Assembly (NCBI GenBank): GCA_013239625.1
Contig: MU055864.1
Span: forward strand, 6,307,083 to 6,371,082
Direction: 5' to 3'
DNA: 64,000 bases
DNA from: Lama guanicoe
Lineage: Eukaryota
This document shows, piece by piece, positions 1 through 10,165 of the stretch (position 1 is the first letter of the stretch; each line of letters starts with the position of its first letter). Below the pieces are notes generated by a model that saw only the letters and a list, made by a program, of their open reading frames with translations, had not been told where the DNA came from and ran no database searches. The translations under genes and the position numbers were made by a program.

Positions 1-543
1 CCTTTTGCTTTGGACTGGGCCACACAGCAGATACCCAACAAACTGCTGACGCAAAACAGAGAAGAAATTGTATTACGCACCCAAAACCCCCAAGGAGGGG
101 CCGTGTCCGCCAGAGCAGTAGGCATCTCAAAGTGGGAGGCAGGAAGAACAATGGGACCAGGCAAAGGAGCCCTGCGGCGAGCACAAGTCTTCACACGCCA
201 TCTCCGCGGAAATCTTTAGGAGGCGCATGAGCAAGAGCGCCCCCCGCGTTGATGGAGGGGAAATGCAATGCTCTGGGGCTTTCTCGTCAATTTTCAAACC
301 CTGTTGACAAAAGGTGGGAGATGGCGGCCAATGAAAGCTGCCAAAGAGCTGCTAGCTTTGTGTAACCCACGTCGGCATATTACATAGGCTCTTTACTGAA
401 AGCTCTCTCAGGCCCAGATCCTGAAGGGACAGACTCTTGGAACCGCTATTTATCCTTGAATCAAAAATGCTTTGGAAACTTTCTTGTGCTTTGCCATTTG
501 AATCCGTAATACACCAGCAAGGCCAGGGACTTTTTTTTTCCAG

Positions 544-850
544 TAGCTTTAACAACTCCCCTTGTTGCTGCTGGTTTGTTAGTTTTGGGTGTTTTAGGTT
601 TGCCTGGAGCAGATCCAGTGTCCTCACTTGGAGGGCTGACGACTCACACATCATAGCAGCAGGAGTTTTCCAAGTAACACCAGTGGCTTCAATCTCAGCA
701 GCCAGGGGCTGTTACCACAATGGCGCCTTGGCTGTGCTCCTGCAGACGGTGTGGTGGCTGCTGACAGGGGCATCTGCTGGGCTGCTTCTCGGGGCTGAGC
801 CTGGGAACGAGCATGTTCCCAGGGCAGTAACACTTGGTAGACTTGCCCTG
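544..850 (+). pseudogene. Decayed IgV-set domain exon (B7/butyrophilin-like), several frameshifts
   Basis: Acceptor tttttttttccag|544. Frameshift-joined reading: xALTTPLVAAGLLVL/xCFRFAWSRSSVLTWRADDSHIIAAG/SFPSNTSGFNLSSQ/GCYHNGALAVLLQTV/VAADRGICW/xC...RAVTL. B-strand Cys at 590, Trp 13 codons later at 629, NGxLxxxLxxV E-strand, D-x-G-x-[Y>C] F-strand at 763-777. Confidence 0.55.
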
Positions 851-1159
851 AGCGACTATGGTGTGGTTGCTTAGGCCAAGCTGGCATGCGAAGGCACTGG
901 ATCAGGAACCTGGGCCCATCTGGATGGCCCAACTGGCTGCACTGGCCCTGCCTCCGCATGTTCTTTGGCCTACTTGGTTGCAAATTTAGCTAAATGTGTC
1001 TATCCCTTGGGTCATTGTGAAGTTTCAACTCCCTTTGCAAAATATTTTGAGGTCCTCAGTAGAGATAATAGAGTAATTGTTAAATATGAGTAATGAATTA
1101 GATTCACGCCTTCCCTTCTGGGTAGCTAGTGGGTAATTTATTCTCTTTTCAAACTGCAG

Positions 1160-1416
1160 TGAAGTCCCCAAATGCTGACATCTGCAGAATGACAACTCAC
1201 CTGCATTCTTGGATTTCAGTTTGTTTCTTAGGATCTTAATGAAGAAACTTTACAACAAACAAACAAAAAAAAACAGACAAAAGAACCAGAAAACTTTGAA
1301 TTATCTGATGTTTCCTTTGCCAAAGGTGTAAAAGATGCAAAGATTTCAGAAAACTGTGGGAAACAAAACTTCTGCTGCCAAGTTTCAAGAAGGAGCGAAC
1401 ACTCCGGTATTCAATG
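1160..1416 (+). pseudogene. Decayed IgC-set domain exon
   Basis: Acceptor ttctcttttcaaactgcag|1160. One frame from 1196 reads LTCILGFQFVS*DLNEETLQ...ENFELSDVSFAKGVKDAKISENCGKQNFCCQVSRRS. The only stop between the cysteines (TAG, 1229) falls at the expected Trp; Cys1202 to Cys1376 is 58 codons. Possible donor AATG|gttggc at 1416/1417. Confidence 0.65.
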
Positions 1417-1784
1417 GTTGGCTGTAATAAATGATTAATTTTCCCACTACATTACATTAAAGGGATTAAAAGAGATACCACGCTCCTTTTATATCCTATG
1501 TTTATGAGTCACTGGTATGATGATATGTCATGCGTGATAAAAATGGACCAGTTAAATAAACTGTGCCACAGCAGAAGGCAGGGTGTGTGGTGTGTTTCTG
1601 TTAACTGTTCCTGTTGACTAGGGGAGTGGGTTCCCTTCTGGAACAGAGGCCACCAGCTCTAGGATGGATCCAGGGGCCACTGTCTGTGGGGCTTCAGACA
1701 GTCAGGGAGTCAGTTTTGCACCTTTTCTGGGGCATGGGGCTGGCTGAGCCTTCCTCTGACCAGCCCGATCGCCTACAGGCTCAC

Positions 1785-2182
1785 TGTACTGGTCTCCTTG
1801 GGCTGCCATAACAAATTACCACAAAGTAGGTGGCAGAGAACAACAGAAGTGTATTCCCTCAGTGTTAGGACCAGAAGTCTGAAATCAAGATGTCGGCAGG
1901 GCAGCGCTCCCTCTGAAGGCTCTAGGGAAGGGTGTGATCTAGCCCTGGTTTAGCTTCTGGTACTTCCTCGGTTTGTGGCTGCATAACTTTAATTTTCACG
2001 TGGCATGCTCCCTCTGTGCAGATCTGTCTCCAAATGTCTTCTATAAGAACACTAACCATGTCAGATGGGGGGCCCACCCTAATGCAGGACCCTGTCTTAA
2101 CAAAATAAGATCACATTCTTAGGTTCTAGGGGTTAGGATGTCAACAGGTGAATTTTGGGAAAACAAAATTCACCGCATAACA
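1785..2182 (-). mobile_element. MLT1 (ERVL-MaLR) solo LTR
   Basis: gggctgccataacaaattaccacaaa...ccagaagtctgaaatcaagatgtcggcaggg...aattcaccgcataaca, typical antisense MLT1 text. Confidence 0.85.
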
Positions 2183-2219
2183 CCCATCCAGGTGGCTCTC
2201 CCTGATACTTGCCTTGCAG

Positions 2220-2248
2220 CCCCTAGACTGTCCTTCCTGAAGCTGCAG
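2220..2248 (+). pseudogene. Candidate 29-nt mini-exon of the decayed Ig gene
   Basis: gccttgcag|cccctagactgtccttcctgaagctgcag|gtaagt; the donor is perfect consensus. Confidence 0.3.
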
Positions 2249-2423
2249 GTAAGTTGCCAAACCTGTCAGGCTTTTCAGTTCAAATCATGAGGTGAACCTC
2301 CTCCCCTGCCCTGCCTTGGTTAGTGTACGTGGGTGTGTGGCCTTGGATTCAAATCATCCTTGGAGGCTGAGATTCTGAAGGATGGTGGGTAGGCAGGGAC
2401 ACTCCCCTTGAGTGGGAGTCCCA

Positions 2424-3765
2424 GAATCATCTGTTTGTCTGAGAAAGTCTTTGTTTCTCCTTCACTTTTGAAGCNNNNNNNNNNNNNNNNNNNNNNNNNN
2501 NNNNNNNNNNNNNNNNNNNNNNNNNNNNNNNNNNNNNNNNNNNNNNNNNNNNNNNNNNNNNNNNNNNNNNNNNNNNNNNNNNNNNNNNNNNNNNNNNNNN
2601 NNNNNNNNNGGGTAAGGTGTTTTTCCCCCCTCTGCTTTTTGTTGGGATTTTTTTTCTTAATTTTTGACTTCCTGTCAATTGAAAATGATACGCTTTGGTG
2701 TAGTTTGGGGGTGGCATTCATCCTGCTTGGTGTTCTGTGAGCTTCCTGAATCTGTAGTTTGGTGTCAGACACTAATTCGAGGAAATTCTTAGTCATTCTT
2801 GTTTCAAATATTTCTTCTATTCCTTTCTTTCTTCTCCTTCTGATTTCCCATTTTGTGTACGCCTTTTGCAGTTGTCCCATAGCCCTTCAGTATCCTGGGT
2901 TTTTTATTTTTTTTAAGTCTTTGTTCTCTTTTCAGTTTTACAGGATTCTATTGATATATCCTCTAGCTCAGAGATTCCTTCCTCAGCCATGTCCAGTCTA
3001 CTAATAAAATCACCAAAAGCACTCTTCATTTCTGTTAGTGTTATTTTTTTTCTCTCTCTCTAGCATTTCTTTTTGGTTCTTTCTTAGGATTTCCATCTCT
3101 CTGGACTTTGCCCACTGGTTCTTGTTTGTCAGAATCTTTCGCATATTCATCATAATCATTTAAAATTTCCAGTCTGATTATCCCAACATACCTATCATGT
3201 CTGGTTCTGATATATGTTCTGTCTCTCAGATTGGGTTTTTGCCTTTTGGCATACCTTATAATTTTTGATAGCCAGATGTGATGTACTGGGTAAAAGAACT
3301 GACGTAAACAGGCCTTAAGTAATATGATGGCAAGGTGTGGGGGGAGGGGAAGCTATAGTCTGTAGTCCCACAATTGAGTCTGAGCCTTTAAGTGAGCCTG
3401 TGCTTCTGGACAGCGAGCTTCATGCGGGTTCCTTCCCCCTTAAGTGGGATAGGATGACTAGAATGTGCTGGAGTCGGGTATTTCCCTTCCCCAGGTCAGT
3501 TGGTCAGGCTCTGGTTAACTGGTTTCCCTGAAGGCAGAAGCTCTGCTGAGAACAGAGCACTCTGGTGTATTTCAGAATGGTTCCTTGTTCCCTTCCCCAT
3601 AACTTCCCCCTGATATTTGCTGTAGGAGCTGATCAAGCTTTTGGAGGTAAAACTCACAGTACTGTGGGGACGCTCCCTATGACTGGACCTCTGGAGCTTT
3701 TACTCTCAAAGTTGCCCACATGGAGCCTCCAGCAATTCATCAATTACAGTTCAGGTTTCCCCACC
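2424..3765 (-). mobile_element. Old L1 fragment covering ORF1 and upstream region
   Basis: Minus ORF EEIFETRMTKNFLELVSDTKLQIQEAHRTPSR...FKSEGETKTFSDKQ resembles L1 ORF1p; contains N-run 2475-2609. Confidence 0.85.
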
Positions 3766-3811
3766 AGGGCAAGAAAGGGTTACTAACGTCCCTGCTTACA
3801 GCCTGGGATGC

Positions 3812-3858
3812 GGAGACCCAGAAGAGAACTGTGAAAAAGCATTCTCTAGACCACCTAG
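3812..3858 (+). pseudogene. Candidate cytoplasmic mini-exon of the decayed Ig gene
   Basis: Perfect branch point TACTAAC (3781-3787), then gtccctgcttacag|; open phase-1 frame AWDAETQKRTVKKHSLDHL; donor is degenerate. Confidence 0.3.
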
Positions 3859-3884
3859 TTTACCTGTTTCTTAATCCAATGTGC

Positions 3885-4390
3885 TTTTCTTTTTATAACT
3901 TCCCCCTAATTTTTAAAGTAGTACACAGCCATCGTATAAAACTTTGAAAAAATCAGAAAAGTATATTTTTAAATTGCTATCATCCCTTTTTTTCCTCAGA
4001 GATCTCTGCTGCTTAGAGTCCTGTATACTTTGTTTCTGATTTTGTCCTATGTATCTGTGTAGACAGATGGTAGATAAATTTGTAGAGTGGATATTGCAGA
4101 TTACAGTATTATATTCTGCTTTTCCAGTTAAAGAGCCCTTATATCTCCCCATGTCACTGCTATGTGCATCATATTAAATGGCCATTTAATAGTACATTTT
4201 TTGGATTTTCTATAATTTTATTAACTGTCCCTTGTTTAGGGTTGTTTTGTAATTTGGGGGCATATATATTTGATAACATTTTATTATTTCCTTTGGTTAG
4301 TGTTCTAAACATAGAATTGCTGGGTTAAAGAGCACAGGCATTTGAAAGGATCTTGATAAATGCTAATCCATTTCCAAAAAGTTTGTACTG
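3885..4390 (-). mobile_element. Degraded L1ME-type fragment
   Basis: ttatttcctttggttagtgttctaaacatagaattgctgggttaaagagc resembles the antisense L1 ORF2 end. Confidence 0.55.
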
Positions 4391-5164
4391 TGCCCTTTGT
4401 CTTTTACTTGTTTTACAACATATGGATGAACAGCCCTTCATGGAGAAAGAGGCCATTGTCCTGGTATGGGGTGCTAGGGAGTTGGTTTTTTTTTTAGGTA
4501 CAATGATGTTGATAAGTCCACAGTAGCAGCCCCCTTCCTATTTTATTCAAATGCTTTCATTACTTTTTCCCACTGTTGTTGAAGGCTAGTGAGCGTAAGA
4601 CCAAAAACTCAGAGAGAAGAAAGCATTGCCAGAAATCAGTTACCAATGCTTTCTCCCCCGAAACAAATCCAATCCCTAACAGGAAGGAGATGGGAAAGGA
4701 GGAGATGAAATGAACCAAAGTGCTGTTAAGCTACTTATATTTCCTCTCCACAAATCATGTAATATAAGCAGCAGGAGGCAGATTTAGTACCAACAGAATC
4801 ATTAGTTTATGAACCAGGAAACGGGGTGATGTTGGTGGAAATGCTAGCCAAATCAGCACCCAGACTGACCCCGAGGCCACTTCTAGAAAGATCAGCAGAA
4901 CCCGTGGCTGCCCTGAGTGACCTGGAAAACTCTCTCTGGCTGACCTTTCCTCCCTGATCCTTTTGTTTCATTAAGTTTGTACTATGAAATATTTCGGATA
5001 TGTGAAAAGGTATACCCTCAGCAGCTTATTAAACATAACAGAGTGAGCCTTTTCCTCATTATTATGCCCTTCTCTTTATGCCTTCACACCCCTGTACCCA
5101 GAAATAACAATTATTCATAATTTAGTGTCCATCATTCCCATGTATTTTTCATTGTTTAAAAAAG

Positions 5165-5310
5165 TTTTGTTTGTTTGTTTGTTTGTTTTGGCGGAGGAGG
5201 TAATTAGTTTTATTTATTCATTTATTTTTTTTTAATGGAGAGCCTGGAGCTTGAACCCAAGACTTTGTGCATGCGAAGCACGTGTACTACCACGGAGCTA
5301 TACCCTCCCC
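5165..5310 (-). mobile_element. Camelid vic-1-type tRNA-derived SINE
   Basis: Minus strand: ggggagggtatagctccgtggtagtacacgtgcttcgcatgcacaaagtcttgggttcaagctccagg (A and B boxes), A-rich tail with ctaattacctcc and (CAAA)n. Confidence 0.85.
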
Positions 5311-5742
5311 TCGTGCAGTTCTTTATACTTTGCTACATGTTTGTATCCCTAAACAAAATACAGCATTTCTTCCCATGTTTTTTTAACTTTTATAAGGATA
5401 CTGAATGCTTCTTTCTACAACTTTTTTGTTCCACATGATGTCCATGAAAGTTATTCATGTTGAACAAGCAGCTCAAGTTCATTTTTGCTGCTATTTAACA
5501 CTCCTTCATGTGTACAGACCATTTATTTATCCAGTCTCTAAGGATGAATATTTAGGCAGTTTCTAGCATTTTATTATTAAAAACAATGATGCAACATATA
5601 TTCTTGTACATAATCCTGTGCAAATTCCTTTGGGTCTCTATATAGCTGTGATCAAAAGGTCTGCCTGGCATTCACGTTTCTAGATGTCACCCATCTGCTC
5701 TTTGAGAGAGCTGTCTCTTCTGGTTCCCACTACCCCACAGCC

Positions 5743-5769
5743 CCATCAGCTCCATCAGCTCCATCAGCT
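5743..5769. repeat. Tandem repeat (CCATCAGCT)3
   Basis: ccatcagctccatcagctccatcagct. Confidence 0.9.
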
Positions 5770-6414
5770 CAGAAATATCAGACTTAGTTTTGTTAATCTG
5801 AGAGGTTTTAATGTGCATGTCCCTAACTACTAATTTTAGTATACATGTTTGTGTTTATTGTCCATTGGTGTGACCTCTAGGAATCCTTTTGTGTTCATAT
5901 CATTTGCTCATTTTAATTTTTAAGTTGTTTGCCCTATTTCTGGATGGCCAGATCTGTACAGGATGAGCATCCTGGTCAGCCCTGAAAGCGGGGAAGCCAT
6001 CACCAAGGGGTAACACTGGGAAGAGAGGACGACTTGTCTGGATGGTGGTAACAGGCCACTCTTCAGCCATCAGCAGGTAGAACCACAACATTGCCCCACT
6101 CCTCCCAGTGGTGCAGAGCCTGGGGAAATCTCCCAAATCCTCATATCCCAGGAGCAACTCCACAGAACCAGGTCAGCCTAACTCCCCCAGTGAATCAGTT
6201 CAGGGCTCTTTACTACAAGCATCAGAAACCAGCTCTAGCTAATTTAATCCCAAGTGGAATTTAGTAAAACATTGAGATGGTCGGAGAACCAGGCTTGGAC
6301 AAGGGCTTCTGAAACAGGAAAGACGCCCCAAAGCATTTCACAGAACCAACTGGCAAAGAAACCATCCTCAACCCAGACACTGGACACACTGCTGTTGACT
6401 CTGGCGTCGGAGAC

Positions 6415-6875
6415 CAGGTTGGTGACTTAGACAAGAGTGGTTTTACTGTTGTAATGAGAACAAAGGGCTGAGTTAAGTGGGTTCAGCAGAAAATGGGAAG
6501 AAAGGAGGTGAAGAGGAAACAGAAATGAGCCTGTGGCTAGAGAGGGCCATGGGGTCAGGGGGATTTTATAAGATAGGAAATATGACAGCATGTTTGTATG
6601 CTTCTGGGAAGGAGCCCATGCTGAAAAGGACATACAGTCATAGAAGCAAAGTGTTTAAGTAGGTAGGAGGGGATGGGACACCTTGTAGGAGGATGAAGGT
6701 CAGGTCACTAGAGTAACTGAGGGAACCCAAAGTAAGAGGAGACAGAGGCAGGCAGGCTAGCAGACTGGGGGACGGGGATACAGAAGGAAGCAGAAAAGAA
6801 GTACCCTCTAGATGGGGAAGTAAGATCAACTGCCAATAATTAAGAGGGGGAGCAGGATTTTGAAGGCTTGAGACC
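6415..6875 (-). mobile_element. L2 LINE fragment
   Basis: Purine-rich gtgacttagacaagagtggtttt...agtgggttcagcagaaaatgggaag...gcatgtttgtatgct. Confidence 0.55.
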
Positions 6876-9649
6876 AGGAGAGAGAAGAGATATAATGTTA
6901 ATCAAATTTCTAAGGTTTCGGCTTTTTAGTCCTGATTTTTTGTACTCTGTGATAAAAATCAAATGAAAAAAATTCCTTAAAATGGTTTACCAATTAACAA
7001 AAATTATGTATTTGATCTTTGCAGTGAATTGCTGGTCTACAAGAAAAACTCCTCCATCAAAGAACACCATCAAGTCCTGAAGAATCTCTACAAACCATGA
7101 TCTATTTACCATTCTCCGGAAGGGAAAGTGATGGAAGAGCTAACAGCCGCTTGTTTGAAGCTTAAAGTCCAAGTTGTAATATTTATTCTGACGAACCTTC
7201 TGAGAACCAGAAGGGAACCTCTCAGCGCAAAGGGAAAATTTTGGCCCACGACCACGCATGGTGACAAGTCCTGCATTGAAGAAAAAGGAGCCAGTTTTGC
7301 TCATCTAGAACTGGGATGGTCTTCTCACTCGAGGAGACTCAGAAGAATCTTCCCTGGATGTGTAAACAGCACAGATGACTCTGCCCGCCACAGAACCTAT
7401 GATGCTAGGCACCATGGCTGTGCAAAGTGAATGTTTTGAAACTTGCCGCCCACGCTTGCCACCTCCCTGCACCCACTGAATTTCAACACTGGTCTAGTGG
7501 AGCAATGTTGATATTCCTCTGGCAGGAACTCCTTCCCAGAGGCTCTAGGATGAGGCAGGCTTCCTCGGAGCAGTTTCCCTGCATGGTGATTTGATGGCAT
7601 GCAGCGGACTTGCAAATTAACTGGATGTGAACTTTTATTTTCAGCACAAAATTTTGCCAGGACATGAATACTCTCTATTGGGCCTTCCCCAATATCAAGC
7701 CTCTGATGCTGCCTGGTGTGAGCACCAGTGAGAATATGGACTGGACTGTCAGTTGTCTGTTTGATTTTACTTAAAATGATTATTGACCCTCCCTGCCCCC
7801 AGCCTGATTTCTCTCAGAGCTGATCTAATTTCTTTCGTGATCTGTGCCTGTGGACTCCTGTTAATTTGTTAACTGAGTTAGCTGCTGCCAGAGCATCAGA
7901 AGATCTTCACTGGGCTCTGTCCAGGGTCTAACGGTGGAACGCTGACGGTAATAAAGCTGTGTTGGTTGAAACAAATGAGAATTGATGAATGACAGTCTGA
8001 ACATGACATTGATGAGAGTCGATCACTCCCAGGTGGGGATGCATGGGTCTCAGAACGGCAGCGCTCACATAGCAGGCCCGGGAGGGGAAGACTGGTGGTT
8101 TCGAAGCAGTGTGTCCTCCTGGAAGCTCTGACACGCACAGCAAGTAACGCTGGCCTCAGAGGCGTGAGCCAGAGCTCTGGCTCCACTCCAGGGAGGCACT
8201 CTCCTTTGCCCTGGACTGCAGTTTCAGTGCTATTCTCCGTGACTCAGCTGTCATGACCTCTTTGGGCAAGTTCCACCTTCTGTGTTGTGGGCCAGGGCTC
8301 TTAATTTAAATGCAAAGGCCCTATTGTCTAAGCAGATGGATGGAGCAGCTGCCACTTCCCAGGGAAGCCAGGAGATCCCCCTGGGTCAGCGGGGAGGAGT
8401 TTCCTGTGAGGATACCATGCGTAAAGTCCTTGGGGATGCAAGGCATTCTGAGCATGTGAGTTATCATGGCAAAGCTCACCAAGGCTTCCCTGATTTGATA
8501 TAAATAACTCTGCACTGGCTGCGAATGGGAGCAGAGACAAGCAGTAATGAATACCAGGACAAACAGGGCTCCGGGATGCCGGCCCAGGCACTTCGAAGCA
8601 CGGTTGGCAACGAGCTTGGAGGTGATGGTGGGCGAAATCACACCAACCACATTGTACAAACCCCTGTGAGTAAAGAGAGGAAGCTCTCTAGAATAATTCA
8701 AGGCCAGATAGTTAGGAGAGGCCATACCACACGGGACTAGAGCATTGACGTAAAACACCACGGTGAAGCATGCTAATTTGCCTGATTTGACGTTTGAATA
8801 TTAACCAACAAGTCAGGAGTTATAAACTGGACACTTCCTACTGACAAAGCACTGTGCTGAGAGGTAACTGAGAGGTCAGAGTTTCAGCATCACTTCCCAC
8901 CACTAGAGCTTACAGTGGAGAGGAAATGCGTGGGGGAAGGAAAATGGGATGTCAGTTAGCAGTGCTGCATACTATCCAACAAGTAACTCCGGTATAAATC
9001 AGGTTCTTTATTGCATTGTTGGGTTCACGTTAAGTAAGCGGTGGTGGGGCAGGTAGAAAAAGTGAGATGAACGCAGAGTGGGAACGTTGGGGAGCAAGCC
9101 AACTGAGGAAGGGAGAGTTAGTTGCCTTGAGCGTGGCTGCCAGGGTCAGCGCTATTGGTTAGTCTAAGCCACTGGCTGCAGTGAAAGGGGGTGAGGAGGA
9201 GAAACGGAGATTCTTGCGTTAGTCTGGGGCAGCGCCTCTGGCCTGCAATAGAAGAAAATCTGAGTCCTCTCTGGGTAAAAACATCCCCATCTTAGGCCCT
9301 CAGGATCCCCCATATTCAGATTAACCAATGAGTTCAGAATCAAACATGAAAAATACAAGCCAATAGGCCACCATGAATGAGAATCAGCAGAAACTATGAA
9401 CCACAGAATTAAACTCCCTTCCTTCAGGTAAAGAAATTAAATCAGACACAAAAATATATAAAATAATAATGTATCAAATGTTGGAAGACTGAAAAAAGGA
9501 ATGACAGAGTAAGAAGTAAGAGACTATAAAAATGACTGGGAAGATTTTAGAAAAAAGTAAATTTGGAAAATGAAAAATAGAATTGCATAGGTTAACGAAA
9601 CACACCTCAGGGAGGAGGTAAAAGAGCAAGTTAGTGTAGCTGAAGAGAT

Positions 9650-10165
9650 CATTTTATTTAATCCTTGAACAAATTTTTAGTGAGCATTTACCACAAGTCA
9701 ATTACTGTTCTAGGCCCGGGAGTATAGGAGTGAACAAAACAGACAAAAGTCCTTGCCCACACAGGTCACAAAATAAGTGACAAATAAAATACACAGCATA
9801 ATATTTTGAAAACCATAAATCAGGGGGAAAGGATAGAGAATGCTAGGTGTGCGTAGAGCTGTATTTTAAATAGGAAAAACAAAAAAGACCTCACTGAGAA
9901 ACAAACATTTGGGTAAAGATTTCAAAGAGACCAAGAAACAACCCATGAAAATACTGAGGGGAAAAACATTTCAGGCAAAGAGAACAGTAAATATAGAGGC
10001 TCAGAGGTAGAGGTACACGTGATGCATTTGACCTGGAAAAGAGGTCAGTGTGGGTGGAAAGGTGGGGTGGGCATCTCAGAGGTAATAGGGGGCAGGTCCT
10101 GAGGCCTGTGGGATGGTTAAGGGATGATGCCAGGCAGCAGTCACACCTTAAAGGCCCTTATAAGG
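9650..10165 (-). mobile_element. L2 LINE 3' fragment
   Basis: aacaaatttttagtgagcatttac...ctgttctaggc...gtgaacaaaacagacaaaagtccttgcc. Confidence 0.8.

Larger units (their letters stand above)
4965..5945 (-). mobile_element. Degraded L1ME-type fragment interrupted by a SINE
   Basis: atttatttatccagtctctaaggatgaatatttaggcagtttctagc...aacaatgatgcaac, antisense L1 3' region. Confidence 0.65.

Noticed and set aside
437-874. 145-aa ORF as an intact gene
   Set aside because: Non-ATG start; only parts are in the Ig-like frame, so treated as pseudogene fragments.
352-983. Minus-strand ORFs 352-654 and 651-983
   Set aside because: No recognisable homology; antisense to the Ig relic.
5235-5310. tRNA-like sequence (also 22715-22764)
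   Set aside because: SINE heads with A-rich tails, and a TSD for the second copy; not tRNA genes.
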